Source: Bacterioplanoides sp. | Lineage (GTDB): Bacteria; Pseudomonadota; Gammaproteobacteria; Pseudomonadales; Oceanobacteraceae | Direction of reading: 5' to 3' | Length of the DNA: 64,000 bases | Assembly (NCBI RefSeq): GCF_965219715.1 | Contig: NZ_OZ244785.1 | Location: 484,673-548,672, forward strand | Shown here: piece by piece, positions 9,608-20,970 of the stretch | How the letters are laid out: each line of letters opens with the position of its first letter | Position numbering within the stretch: the first letter of the stretch is position 1 | The notes under the pieces: model-generated | The model's database searches: none | What the model was told of the DNA's origin: nothing | Seen by the model: only the letters and a program-made list of their open reading frames with translations | Translations under genes and position numbers: made by a program

Positions 9608-9653
9608 GTCTCAGTGCTTTTCCTAGCCAGCTATTCGCTGAATAGCTGGCAAC

Positions 9654-9692
9654 AAAAACCGCCCAACCTTTCTCAAGGTGGGCGGTTTTTTT
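9654..9692. terminator. Bidirectional intrinsic terminator
   Basis: AAAAACCGCCCA..TGGGCGGTTTTTTT between convergent genes. Confidence 0.8.
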
Positions 9693-9716
9693 ATTGCTTC
9701 AAAGCAAGACCAAAAT

Positions 9717-11129
9717 CTACAGACGCAGTTTCAGCATCAGGTTGGTCACGTTCTTAAACAGTGGGCCGTACGGTGGCGCCAACATCAGAATAATCTTAGA
9801 CGTCATGGTCGACTGCTTAAATACCGGACGCAGTTTCGAGAACTCAATGAAGCCTTCGATGCCATGGTAGTGGCCCATGCCGCTGTTACCAACACCACCA
9901 AATGGCATGTCGTGTTGAGCAACGTGGAACATGCTGTCGTTAATACATACCGCACCAGACAGGGTGCTGTAGAACACCTTATCCTGGAACTTCTTATCGT
10001 TAGAGAACATATACAGTGCCAGCGGACGCTCGCGCTCGTTAATGTACTCAACCACGTCGTCCAGCGACTTGTAGGTTTTGATCGGGAACAGCGGCCCGAA
10101 AATTTCGTCCTGCATAATGATCATATCGTCAGTCGGGTTAACGACGACGTGAGGCGCAATCTTCTGACCTTCGGTATTGCTGTCATCACCGCTCAGCAGG
10201 TTGATGCATTCTGCGCCTTTTTCTTTGGCGTCCGCCAGAGTCGCGGTTAAACGATTAAACGCCGCTTCATCGATGATGGCGGTTAGGTCGTTATTGTTGA
10301 CGCTGTCGTAGCGGCTGCCAACGATGTCTTTGGCGTGCTTAACGAACTCTTCAACTTTACCTTCCGGCACGAACAGGTAGTCCGGCGCCACACAGGTCTG
10401 GCCCGCGTTTAAGAACTTGGTGAAGGTCACACGTTCTGCCGCCGTACGGATATCGAAATCCGGTGCGATGATGGTTGGAGATTTACCACCCAGTTCCAGC
10501 GTAACCGGCGTCAGGTTTTTAGACGCCGCTTCCATGACCACTTTACCGGTGGCGGCAGAGCCGGTGAATACCATGTGATCCCACGGCATGGAGGAGAATT
10601 TGCGTGCTGATGTACCCGGAATTACCGCCAGTACAGTTTCATCCAGTACCGGAGAAATAATCTCGTCTAATAAACGACACAGGTTCTGCGAGTTTGCAGC
10701 CTGCTTAACGATACAGCGGTTACCGGCAGCCATGGCGCTGACAACCGGGCCCAGAGCCAGTAGCAGCGGGTAGTTCCATGGGGTAACGACACCAATCACA
10801 CCTTTCGGCTGAGGAATCAGCTTGTTACTGGCGCCTTTAAACGCCAGGCCAACGTGACGACGTTGCGGCTTTGACCACTTCTTCAGACGCTTCTTGGCAT
10901 CGGCGATGTTGCCCATCAGCGGTACCAGTTCCAGCAGGGTGGATTCGTTGTGGGAGCGGCCACCAAAGTCTTTATCAATGGCGTCACAGATACGATCGCG
11001 GTTAGCGTCGATCACCTGGGCCAGTTTTTCCAGGTTGTCTTTACGTTCCTGAATGCTTGGGTAGGCGTGTTTACGGGAAGCTTCGTATTGCTTCTTATAG
11101 GTAGCCTGAAGTCTTTCTGAAGGAGTCAT
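9717..11129 (-). CDS. calB: Coniferyl-aldehyde/fatty-aldehyde dehydrogenase (ALDH3-like)
   Basis: WNYP, FTGS, LELGGKSP, GQTCVAPDY, EIFGP and PFGGVGNSG motifs. Confidence 0.85.
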   Translation of the reverse strand: MTPSERLQATYKKQYEASRKHAYPSIQERKDNLEKLAQVIDANRDRICDAIDKDFGGRSHNESTLLELVPLMGNIADAKKRLKKWSKPQRRHVGLAFKGASNKLIPQPKGVIGVVTPWNYPLLLALGPVVSAMAAGNRCIVKQAANSQNLCRLLDEIISPVLDETVLAVIPGTSARKFSSMPWDHMVFTGSAATGKVVMEAASKNLTPVTLELGGKSPTIIAPDFDIRTAAERVTFTKFLNAGQTCVAPDYLFVPEGKVEEFVKHAKDIVGSRYDSVNNNDLTAIIDEAAFNRLTATLADAKEKGAECINLLSGDDSNTEGQKIAPHVVVNPTDDMIIMQDEIFGPLFPIKTYKSLDDVVEYINERERPLALYMFSNDKKFQDKVFYSTLSGAVCINDSMFHVAQHDMPFGGVGNSGMGHYHGIEGFIEFSKLRPVFKQSTMTSKIILMLAPPYGPLFKNVTNLMLKLRL

Positions 11130-11156
11130 AGGAGATCAGTTTCGTTAATGTTATTA

Positions 11157-11176
11157 GAGTATTTACTCAGGTGAGT
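11157..11176. promoter_or_regulatory. Overlapping inverted repeats upstream of the aldehyde dehydrogenase, possible repressor operator
   Basis: GAGTA-TT-TACTC overlaps ACTCA-GG-TGAGT, 28-47 bp upstream of the start codon. Confidence 0.3.
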
Positions 11177-11276
11177 GTACCGTGCTTTTCGAGGCAAATC
11201 GACATTAGTATTAAGAATAAATATTTAGAACGTTGGGGCATAAAGGCGATGGCTGCCATGCGGCTTTTGGAGGCAT

Positions 11277-11313
11277 AAAAAAACCGCCCAACTCAGGGAG
11301 TAGGGCGGTTTTT
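11277..11313 (-). terminator. Intrinsic terminator after the Fic-MNT-HEPN genes
   Basis: AAAAAAACCGCCC..GGGCGGTTTTT hairpin. Confidence 0.75.
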
Positions 11314-11326
11314 GTTGGATCCGAGT

Positions 11327-11740
11327 TTAATGGCTCAGGTAATCCAGACCGGCTCCAATAAACTCGCCTAATGCTTCGTATTGCTTATTCACGATGACGG
11401 CTTCGATACGAGCCCAGTCCAGATTCAGGTAATCATGAACAATCGCATTTCTCATCCCAGCGGCGCCTTTCAGTGTCGCGTGAGGAATGTTGCTATTCAA
11501 TAGGTCATGAGCGGTTAGCAGGTTTTTATAAGCATCACCAGAGTGGGTTTTTCCGGCTTTTTTGCAGCAATGTTTAGCTACACCGATGGCAGCTTCGATC
11601 ATGATTTGCAGGCTACGCTCTGCAGCGAGACGTTCGATTTTACGCAGCGGCTGTAGTTTTATGGCTTCAGCAAGTTCGTTTAATGTTTCGAGTTGTTCCT
11701 GCACATGCTGGCGCATGGAGATAACGTAAGCTTCATTCAT
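11327..11740 (-). CDS. hepT: HEPN (DUF86) ribonuclease toxin, second subfamily
   Basis: AAERSLQIMIEAAI and GMRNAIVHDY (RX4HXY); 4-bp ATGA overlap with the MNT gene. Confidence 0.85.
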   Translation of the reverse strand: MNEAYVISMRQHVQEQLETLNELAEAIKLQPLRKIERLAAERSLQIMIEAAIGVAKHCCKKAGKTHSGDAYKNLLTAHDLLNSNIPHATLKGAAGMRNAIVHDYLNLDWARIEAVIVNKQYEALGEFIGAGLDYLSH

Positions 11741-12099
11741 CCTTGCTGGCTCCAGTATTTAAAATCTTCCCATTTCGACCACACCCTTTGTTCAATCAGC
11801 ATTGCCTGATCTTCACCGAAAAGGCGTTTACCTTCGATTGCTTCGAAAGCGAGTGGCGCAGGTGCTTCGATGATTGAGATAGAGTTAACATCACGTTGAG
11901 TTAAATCACTCAGAGCTGAATCAAACTCAGGGAGTTGCTGCCAGGAATCAGACTGTTCTGGCAGCAGAAGGGCAAGATCAATATCGCTGTGTTCGTTGGC
12001 AGTTCCTTTGGCAAAGCTGCCATACAGCCAGGCTGCCAGAACCCCTTGCTGTTGCAAGTAATCAGATACTTGTTGGAGGAGTGCGTCAGATAGCTGCAT
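11737..12099 (-). CDS. mntA: Minimal nucleotidyltransferase antitoxin
   Basis: YGSFAKGTANEHSDIDL motif; AAGGAG RBS. Confidence 0.85.
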   Translation of the reverse strand: MQLSDALLQQVSDYLQQQGVLAAWLYGSFAKGTANEHSDIDLALLLPEQSDSWQQLPEFDSALSDLTQRDVNSISIIEAPAPLAFEAIEGKRLFGEDQAMLIEQRVWSKWEDFKYWSQQG

Positions 12100-12110
12100 C
12101 GGAAGCTCCT

Positions 12111-12803
12111 TTATTCCTGCATAATTTCTACGGCTCTGGGATCAAGACATGAGCGCATAAAGGCATTCATAGGGCCTTGCTCATCCGACTCATAAAAATC
12201 CAGCATCAGCTGGTTAAATTCCAGTTGCCGGGAGGCGGGTAGGTTAATCGCCGGGTAGCCTGCTTGCAGCAGAATACCATTCATCATAAAACGGCCCATG
12301 CGTTTATTGACGTCCCAGAAGAACTGATTGCGGGCCATGGTCAAGAATATATGAATAGCCTGATCGTAAATATCAGTCAGCTGATTCATATCGGCGACCA
12401 TTTTTTCAAATGCAGCTGGCAACAAATCGGCTTTGGGCGGGGTGTAGCTGGTGCCTGCGATCAGAACGCCCCCTGTTCTGAAATGACCCCATTCCAACGC
12501 TTCTTCCAGTCCGGCTATGCCATGAAGTTTGCAGGCAATGTCTGCAGTTACTTCAAACTCATCATTTTTGATCATGGTGAATAAAGCATTCCAGGCTTTG
12601 CCCTGGTTTGCGGTAATCACCTGGTCGGTTAATTTACTGCCGCCAATGGTGATGCCATCGAGAATGGTCTGAACTTCCGGCAGGGTGAAATTAATATTTT
12701 CCAGCTGAATGGCGTTATGAACCAATGAAGACAGGTCATGCTTAGCCAGCATCAGGGCTTTAGCCTGATTGGGTTTGATCTGAACGAAAGCTTGTTGGTT
12801 CAT
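12111..12803 (-). CDS. Fic/Doc family protein with non-canonical motif
   Basis: NQFFWDVNKRMGR versus canonical HPFxDGNGRxxR; FRTGGVLI flap motif upstream. Confidence 0.8.
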   Translation of the reverse strand: MNQQAFVQIKPNQAKALMLAKHDLSSLVHNAIQLENINFTLPEVQTILDGITIGGSKLTDQVITANQGKAWNALFTMIKNDEFEVTADIACKLHGIAGLEEALEWGHFRTGGVLIAGTSYTPPKADLLPAAFEKMVADMNQLTDIYDQAIHIFLTMARNQFFWDVNKRMGRFMMNGILLQAGYPAINLPASRQLEFNQLMLDFYESDEQGPMNAFMRSCLDPRAVEIMQE

Positions 12804-12858
12804 AGGATAAAGCTCAGAAAGAGATTGGTTTTTCGCTATTTTAGCGGAAGCAGATAAT

Positions 12859-12893
12859 AAAATCCCTCTGAGCTAAAAGCATCAGAGGGATTT
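12859..12893 (-). terminator. valS terminator
   Basis: AAATCCCTCTGA..TCAGAGGGATTT inverted repeat 25 bp after the valS stop. Confidence 0.7.
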
Positions 12894-12917
12894 AAAGTTC
12901 GAGAATTCAGCAGCTGA

Positions 12918-15872
12918 TTACAGCGCCTGAATTTTCTCGATTTGCTCTTTCAGCTTAGCGATATCACGCTCGAAACCAGCGGCTTTTTCTTTCTCTTTTT
13001 CGATAACCGCAGCGGGAGCTTTGTCGGTAAAGCCTGGGTTGCCCAGCTTGTTGGTTACGCGATCCAGATCTTTGCCCAGCTTCTCAATCGATTTATTCAG
13101 ACGCGCAACTTCGGCGTCTTTATCGATAAAGCCAGCCATTGGAATCAAAATTTCCATGTCGCCAACTAACTGAGTGACCGACATTGGTTCTTCATCACCT
13201 TCGTTCAGCCAGGTCAGCTTCTCCAGCTTGGCCAGCTTCATCAGGAAGGCCTGGTTTTCTTCAGCACGACGGAAGTCATCGTCGTCGCCGTTTTTGAACA
13301 ATAATTCCAGTTCTTTACTTGGTGGAATCTGCTTTTCACCACGTACGTTACGTACCGCGGTGATCACATCCTGCAGCCATTTTACGTCAGCTTCCGCGTC
13401 GGTATCGATCAGGGCTTCCTGAGCTTGCGGGAATTCCGCCAGCATAATGCTGTCACCAGATTTACCCGCCAGCTCTTTTACCTGCTGCCAGATTTCTTCG
13501 GTGATAAACGGCATGATTGGGTGAGCCAGTCGTAATACCGCTTCCAGTACACGAACCAGAGTGCCCAGGGTGCCACGCTTAGCTTCGATTGGTGCATTTT
13601 CGTCCCACAGAACCGGCTTAGACAGTTCCAGGTACCAATCGCAGTATTCGTTCCAGATAAATTCGTACAGCGCAGACGCCGCCATATCGAAACGGTACTG
13701 GTCGAAGTGACGACGCACTTCCTGCTCGGCAAATTGCAGGCGGGAAATAATCCAGCGATCTGCCAGAGACAGCATTGCATCTTCGCCGTTGGCGCCACAC
13801 TTGGCTTTCATTTCGTCAGTGATGGCGATGGTGGTGCCATCTGCTGCGGCTTTATCAACCGCTTCTTCGCCAGCAACCGATAACATCACATAACGCGAGG
13901 CGTTCCATAACTTGTTACAGAAGTTACGGTAACCCTCCAGACGTTTCATATCCCAGTTGATATCACGACCGGTAGAAGCCATCGCCGCCAGGGTGAAACG
14001 CAGGGCGTCGGTACCGTGTGGTGCAATGCCTTCCGGGAATTCTTTTTTCGTGCGCTTGCCAATTTTCTCAGCCAGCTGTGGCTGCATCATGTTGCCGGTA
14101 CGCTTGTGCATCAGGTTGTCGAGGGAAATACCATCGATCATATCCAGTGGGTCGAGTACGTTACCCTTGGATTTCGACATCTTCTGACCGACTTCGTCAC
14201 GAATCAGGCCGGTCACGTAAATGGTTTTAAACGGTACCTGAGCTTTGCCGTCTTCATCTTTGCAGAAGTGCATGGTCATCATGATCATGCGCGCAACCCA
14301 GAAGAAGATAATATCGAAACCGGTAACCAGAACGTCAGTCGGGTGGAAGTCCTGCATGCGTTTCAGTACTTCAGGATCATCCAGGTTTGGCCAGCCTAAG
14401 GTGCCGAAGGTCCATAGGGCAGAGGAGAACCAGGTATCCAGAACGTCGTTGTCCTGAACCAGTTCAACGTCGGCCGCCAGGTTGTTTTGCTCACGCACTT
14501 CTTCTTCGGTACGCGCAACGTAGACGTTACCTTCTTCGTCGTACCAGGCCGGGATACGGTGACCCCACCACAGCTGACGGGAAATACACCAGTCCTGGAT
14601 GTCGCGCATCCAGGAGAAGTACATGTTTTCGTAGTTTTTCGGCACAAATTCGATGTCGCCGTTTTCAACCGCTTCGATAGCCGGTTTCGCCATGGTTTTC
14701 GCGTCAACGTACCATTGGTCGGTCAGCATTGGCTCAATCACCACGCCGCCACGGTCGCCATAAGGGATAACCATGTCGTTTTCAGCGATTTCAACCAGCA
14801 GGCCGGCTTCTTCGAAATCGGCCACAATGGCTTTACGCGCCGCAAAACGCTCCATGCCGCGGTATTTTTCAGGAATAAAACCAGACAGTTCGTTATTCAC
14901 GCTGCCGTCGGTGTTGAAGGTCTGAGCTTCGTCGCGGATATCGGCGTTAAAGGTCAGCACGTTGATCATCGGTAATTTACAGCGCTGGCCAACTCCATAG
15001 TCATTGAAGTCGTGGGCCGGAGTGATTTTCACACAGCCGGTGCCTTTTTCCATATCGGCGTGTTCATCACCAACGATTGGAATACGACGCTCAACAAACG
15101 GCAGTACCACTTCTTTGCCAATTAAATGCTTGTAGCGTGGATCTTCCGGGTTAACGGCTACGCCGGTATCACCCAGCATGGTTTCCGGACGAGTTGTTGC
15201 GACCACGATATGAGCGTGTTCGTTACCGTCTTCGTCTTTGTAGGTTAAGCCGTCAGCCAGTGGGTATTTCAGGTGCCACATCTTGCCTTTTACGTCTTTG
15301 TTTTCGACTTCCAGGTCAGAGATGGCGGTGTGTAATTTCGGGTCCCAGTTAACCAGGCGCTTACCGCGGTAGATCAGGCCGTCTTTGTATAAACGAACGA
15401 ATACTTCCTGAACCGCTTTGTAGAAACCGTCGTCCATGGTGAAACGTTCGGTTTCCCAGTCAACGGAGTTACCTAAACGGCGCATCTGGCTGGTGATGGT
15501 GCCACCGGAGTGTTCTTTCCACTCCCAGATTTTTTTAGTGAATTCTTCACGACCTAGCGCGTGACGATCTGGCTGGCCTTCCGCCGCCAGTTTACGCTCA
15601 ACCACCATCTGGGTGGCGATACCGGCGTGGTCGGTACCAACCTGCCACAGGGCTTTGTTGCCGTTCATACGCTTGTAGCGGGTGAGGGCATCCTGAATGG
15701 TGTGCTGGAACGCGTGACCCATGTGCAGCGAGCCGGTGACGTTCGGCGGCGGAATCATGATGGAATATCCTTCGCCGGTCAGGTGGTCCTGATAAGGTTT
15801 GAAATAACCTTTCTCTTCCCACTGCTTGTACCAGTTTTGCTCTAAAGCGTTGGGTTGATACGTCTTATCCAT
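12918..15872 (-). CDS. valS: Valine--tRNA ligase
   Basis: [13 protein letters not shown] (HIGH), [17 protein letters not shown] and C-terminal coiled coil. Confidence 0.99.
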   Translation of the reverse strand: MDKTYQPNALEQNWYKQWEEKGYFKPYQDHLTGEGYSIMIPPPNVTGSLHMGHAFQHTIQDALTRYKRMNGNKALWQVGTDHAGIATQMVVERKLAAEGQPDRHALGREEFTKKIWEWKEHSGGTITSQMRRLGNSVDWETERFTMDDGFYKAVQEVFVRLYKDGLIYRGKRLVNWDPKLHTAISDLEVENKDVKGKMWHLKYPLADGLTYKDEDGNEHAHIVVATTRPETMLGDTGVAVNPEDPRYKHLIGKEVVLPFVERRIPIVGDEHADMEKGTGCVKITPAHDFNDYGVGQRCKLPMINVLTFNADIRDEAQTFNTDGSVNNELSGFIPEKYRGMERFAARKAIVADFEEAGLLVEIAENDMVIPYGDRGGVVIEPMLTDQWYVDAKTMAKPAIEAVENGDIEFVPKNYENMYFSWMRDIQDWCISRQLWWGHRIPAWYDEEGNVYVARTEEEVREQNNLAADVELVQDNDVLDTWFSSALWTFGTLGWPNLDDPEVLKRMQDFHPTDVLVTGFDIIFFWVARMIMMTMHFCKDEDGKAQVPFKTIYVTGLIRDEVGQKMSKSKGNVLDPLDMIDGISLDNLMHKRTGNMMQPQLAEKIGKRTKKEFPEGIAPHGTDALRFTLAAMASTGRDINWDMKRLEGYRNFCNKLWNASRYVMLSVAGEEAVDKAAADGTTIAITDEMKAKCGANGEDAMLSLADRWIISRLQFAEQEVRRHFDQYRFDMAASALYEFIWNEYCDWYLELSKPVLWDENAPIEAKRGTLGTLVRVLEAVLRLAHPIMPFITEEIWQQVKELAGKSGDSIMLAEFPQAQEALIDTDAEADVKWLQDVITAVRNVRGEKQIPPSKELELLFKNGDDDDFRRAEENQAFLMKLAKLEKLTWLNEGDEEPMSVTQLVGDMEILIPMAGFIDKDAEVARLNKSIEKLGKDLDRVTNKLGNPGFTDKAPAAVIEKEKEKAAGFERDIAKLKEQIEKIQAL

Positions 15873-16031
15873 AGTGCTCGTTGCTACTCGTTCGTTGTAT
15901 TCGGGCGTTTTGTTCGGAATGCGTCAGTGGCGGGCGTTTGTTTAAATGCCAGTCAGTGCGCGAAAAATGGGGCGTATTATAGCGGAAGTAAAGCAAGGAA
16001 GCAGCCGGTTTTCAGCGGCTTTTACAGGCAT

Positions 16032-16069
16032 AAAAAAACGCCGCTCAGGGCTGACTGAGCGGCGTTTTT
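16032..16069 (-). terminator. Intrinsic terminator
   Basis: AAAAAAACGCCGCTCAG..CTGAGCGGCGTTTTT hairpin. Confidence 0.8.
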
Positions 16070-16100
16070 GTTAATGACGTTGTTATTAATGGCGATGTGC

Positions 16101-16955
16101 TCAGAGTTTATCAGCCAGAATCTGACGTAACCGCGCTTCAATTTCCGGCATCATTTCGTGTACCAGCTGGTCGATGATGGCGGTTTTGTGCAGCTCGGTC
16201 AGTGGTACTGAACTGGCCGCTGGTGTAGCTGCAGGCTTGATCGGCTGTGGTGGTTCTTCCGCCGGAGTTCCCATGATTTTCGCCATGGTCGCTTGTGCCT
16301 GTTCGGCGCTGAACTGGGCGGCTTCACGTTCACGAGCCAGGCGCTCCAGTACCGCCTGGGGCAGGAATGGGTTGTTCGATGCCACTGTCGACTTGATTTG
16401 TGGCGCTGCAGTCGACATTAGTGGTGGTTCTGATGATTGTTGGGCAGATTGGTCGGATGAGCGCTCAACGGGCTGTTCAGTTTCCGCCCCCGCAGGCTGC
16501 CGGTCATCCAGTGCAAACACATCGTTGTCAGCCAGGGTTGGAATGTCGATATCGTTGGCGGCCGGGTTGCCCTGTGGTTCATCGAACAGGTCAACATACA
16601 CGTCGCTGTTATTGTCCAGAGCACTGTCGATCAGATCGGCAATGGCGTTTGGATCAAAACTGGTGGCTTCTTCTTCGAGTGGGAAGATGGCTTCGTTGGA
16701 AGAGGGCTGGTTAGGATTGAATGCAGGTTTGGCGACGGCTTTGAGAACGGGGGCTTCGGGTTTGAGCAATGGTGGTTCCGATTGCATTGCCGCTTTGTCG
16801 CCCAGAGCATCACTGAGTACCGGGATGTCCTGGGCAGGCTCAATCACGGGTACGGCTTTTGCCTGATCCACCTGATCACTGGCGGCGTCATCAAGCACCC
16901 GCTGCAGTGTCTCTAACTCGTCTAACAAGTCACGTGGTTCGTTGCTGTTGCTCAT
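16101..16955 (-). CDS. Acidic, Pro-rich, largely disordered protein with terminal helices (PopZ-like architecture)
   Basis: N-terminal helix DLLDELETLQRVLDD, long D/E/P/A/Q-rich linker, C-terminal IIDQLVHEMMPEIEARLRQIL; abuts the holC stop. Confidence 0.8.
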   Translation of the reverse strand: MSNSNEPRDLLDELETLQRVLDDAASDQVDQAKAVPVIEPAQDIPVLSDALGDKAAMQSEPPLLKPEAPVLKAVAKPAFNPNQPSSNEAIFPLEEEATSFDPNAIADLIDSALDNNSDVYVDLFDEPQGNPAANDIDIPTLADNDVFALDDRQPAGAETEQPVERSSDQSAQQSSEPPLMSTAAPQIKSTVASNNPFLPQAVLERLAREREAAQFSAEQAQATMAKIMGTPAEEPPQPIKPAATPAASSVPLTELHKTAIIDQLVHEMMPEIEARLRQILADKL

Positions 16956-17393
16956 CTAGCGCATTCTCATATCGGTATGGGTTATAGGATAACCCCGGTC
17001 TTGCAAATATTTATAGTGTTTTCGAGTGTAGTTCAGTACGTCGTCCTGTTGAACCACTACCTCAACCAGACGATGAAATCGGCTGAAAAAGTCTGGTAGC
17101 TGATGGCTGAGATTGATCAGCACATCATGCTGGTGTCCGGCATCGGCCTGCCAGCCAATACTGACCTGACAATTAGCCGGAGCCTGTGGATCATTCAGCA
17201 GGGCGTGGGGCACAAAGGCATCATCACGATAGCACCAGAGTAATTCACTAAATGCCTTAGCCTGTTGCTCTGAATCAAGCTGAATTAACACCTGATTGCC
17301 TTGGCGGCTGGCTTTTTCGGTTAAACGGCAGGCGAACTGCCATTGATCCTGCTGTTGTTGTCCGGCCAGGATATAGAAGCCAACGTCGGTCAT
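16956..17393 (-). CDS. holC: DNA polymerase III subunit chi
   Basis: VGFYIL..FACRLTEKA..LWCYRDDAFVPH..FSRFHRLVEVV..RKHYKYLQDRGY. Likely start 17393; ORF track 17423. Confidence 0.95.
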   Translation of the reverse strand: MTDVGFYILAGQQQQDQWQFACRLTEKASRQGNQVLIQLDSEQQAKAFSELLWCYRDDAFVPHALLNDPQAPANCQVSIGWQADAGHQHDVLINLSHQLPDFFSRFHRLVEVVVQQDDVLNYTRKHYKYLQDRGYPITHTDMRMR

Positions 17394-17409
17394 CGCTTGT
17401 GTTCTCTGT

Positions 17410-18078
17410 TCATGGCTCGCCACGCTCGGTCTGGATAAAGCCGGCCATTAACCAGTGAATATGCTGGTGAAACACGGTTTTAAAATCGACCAGTAATATA
17501 TTGAACGGCGGCTGTTGCATGGCCTCTGCGGCGGTTTCGCTTGGGTGAGCTATGTGCCAGCAGCCAATCATGGTGGCCTGAATATGGTGTAACAGGCTGA
17601 TAGCCTGGGGAATGGAAATGCCCAGCCAGTCGGAAATTTTCTGGGCGAAACGTGCCATTAGTGGCATTAATTCGCGCTTAAAGTCTTTTGCTTCATCAAC
17701 GGTCAGATTCTGTTCCAGCACGGTATGCAGAATGGCATTCAGGCGGCAAAACAGCGGATGCTGGTTGATCACTTCAACGCAGGCGTCGGCCGGAGTTCGT
17801 TGTTCATCCAGCGCCTCGGCAGAAACCACCATGGCTTCGAGCTGTTGCAGATAGAGCGCCAGAAACAGCGTTTCCTTTGAACGGAAATAGCGATACAGCG
17901 CCGCTTTAGTGATGCCGATGTGTTGTGCAATATCGATCAGATTCACCTTATCAAACGCGGCATCGTCAAAATGCACGGCCGCAGCGTCCAGAATTTGCTG
18001 GCGACGCAGGGCTTTTTGTTCCGGGCTTTTGGCTCGCTGGCGAATTTCCGGGATGGCGTTGTCTGATTTGGCGGTCAT
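17410..18078 (-). CDS. TetR/AcrR family regulator
   Basis: HTH LIDIAQHIGITKAALYRYFRSKETLF. Confidence 0.9.
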   Translation of the reverse strand: MTAKSDNAIPEIRQRAKSPEQKALRRQQILDAAAVHFDDAAFDKVNLIDIAQHIGITKAALYRYFRSKETLFLALYLQQLEAMVVSAEALDEQRTPADACVEVINQHPLFCRLNAILHTVLEQNLTVDEAKDFKRELMPLMARFAQKISDWLGISIPQAISLLHHIQATMIGCWHIAHPSETAAEAMQQPPFNILLVDFKTVFHQHIHWLMAGFIQTERGEP

Positions 18079-18110
18079 AAGGTACTGCAGTGACTTAACT
18101 CGCTAATGGG

Positions 18111-19028
18111 CTACTGATCAACATTCAGGTCAGAGGTATTCTGCGTTGCTGATGGGTTTTGTGCAAACTGGTGCAATACCACATCAATAGTGACGGTCAG
18201 GTTCTCCCGCGCCAGCAATCGATCACGCGCTTCCTGGCTGGCTTTCCATACATGGGGTGTCATCAACAGTAAGTCGTGAATCTGCTCCGAACTGGTCAGT
18301 TCAATGGTGTAGCTCAGCGGTTGTTCGTTAACGCAGAAAAATCCGTTGTCTTCCATTACCCGGGTCGGGTTAAAGCAGCTGTCTTTAACTTGCGGGTAGA
18401 GGATTTCGCGCATTTCGCGTAGATGGCCAAGGCCGGTATTGATGGTAAATACCTGACCTTCCGGGCGCAGTACCTTGCTGAAACCTTCCGGCATCAGGCG
18501 GGTAAACAAACAGCAGATATGGTCGAGGCTGTGTTGCTGAAACGGCAAGTCAGCGCCGGACGCAACCAGCCATTCGAGCTGATTGTTGGCCGCTTCAAGC
18601 TGTTTGCCACGACGAGCCGCCGCGCGTACCGCATCCTTGGAAATATCAACGCCGTAGACACGATGCGTATGTTGGCTGTTGCTCAGCGACTGCGATAAGC
18701 GGGTGGTGTAATAACCCTCGCCACAGCCAACATCACACAGCTGCAGTGACTGATCGGCAACCAGGCTGTTATTTACGGCCTTATTTAATAGCTCAGAAAT
18801 AGGCTGGTATACACCGGAATCCAGCAGCCGTTGGCGTGCGTCGACCATGTCGGCACCGTCGCCGGGAGACTTTGAACGCTTTTTATGCGCCAGCAGTAAA
18901 TTCAGGTATCCCTGGCGCGCACGGTCGAAGCTGTGGTTGTTGTCGCAGCGCCAGTGCTTATGGTCGTCACTGCTCAGTGGCTCGCGGCACACCGGGCAGA
19001 TCAGTTGTGAAGGTAAAGCCTGGGTCAT
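18111..19028 (-). CDS. rlmA: 23S rRNA m1G745 methyltransferase
   Basis: N-terminal Zn finger CPVC..CDNNHSFDRARQGYLNLL and SAM motif DVGCGEGYY. Confidence 0.9.
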   Translation of the reverse strand: MTQALPSQLICPVCREPLSSDDHKHWRCDNNHSFDRARQGYLNLLLAHKKRSKSPGDGADMVDARQRLLDSGVYQPISELLNKAVNNSLVADQSLQLCDVGCGEGYYTTRLSQSLSNSQHTHRVYGVDISKDAVRAAARRGKQLEAANNQLEWLVASGADLPFQQHSLDHICCLFTRLMPEGFSKVLRPEGQVFTINTGLGHLREMREILYPQVKDSCFNPTRVMEDNGFFCVNEQPLSYTIELTSSEQIHDLLLMTPHVWKASQEARDRLLARENLTVTIDVVLHQFAQNPSATQNTSDLNVDQ

Positions 19029-19029
19029 A

Positions 19030-20880
<1,851 letters not shown>

Positions 20881-20901
20881 CGCCGCACATTATCCAGACA
20901 C

Positions 20902-20938
20902 AAAAAACACCGCTGACTCACATCAGCGGCGTTTTTTT
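20902..20938. terminator. Bidirectional intrinsic terminator
   Basis: AAAAAACACCGCTGA..TCAGCGGCGTTTTTTT between convergent genes. Confidence 0.8.
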
Positions 20939-20970
20939 ATGGCTGAAATTCAGCGGTCAGAGCCGGGCTG

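Noticed and set aside
1423-12803. Integron cassette array explaining the TA and orphan genes
   Set aside because: No attC-like RYYYAAC..GTTRRRY palindromes at gene ends, mixed orientations and no intI.
12942-15845. Many short ORFs overlapping valS on both strands
   Set aside because: Shadow frames of a highly conserved gene with no independent signals.
16174-16866. 230-aa plus-strand ORF
   Set aside because: Antisense shadow of the low-complexity acidic gene, Ser/Gly/Ala-biased with no motif.
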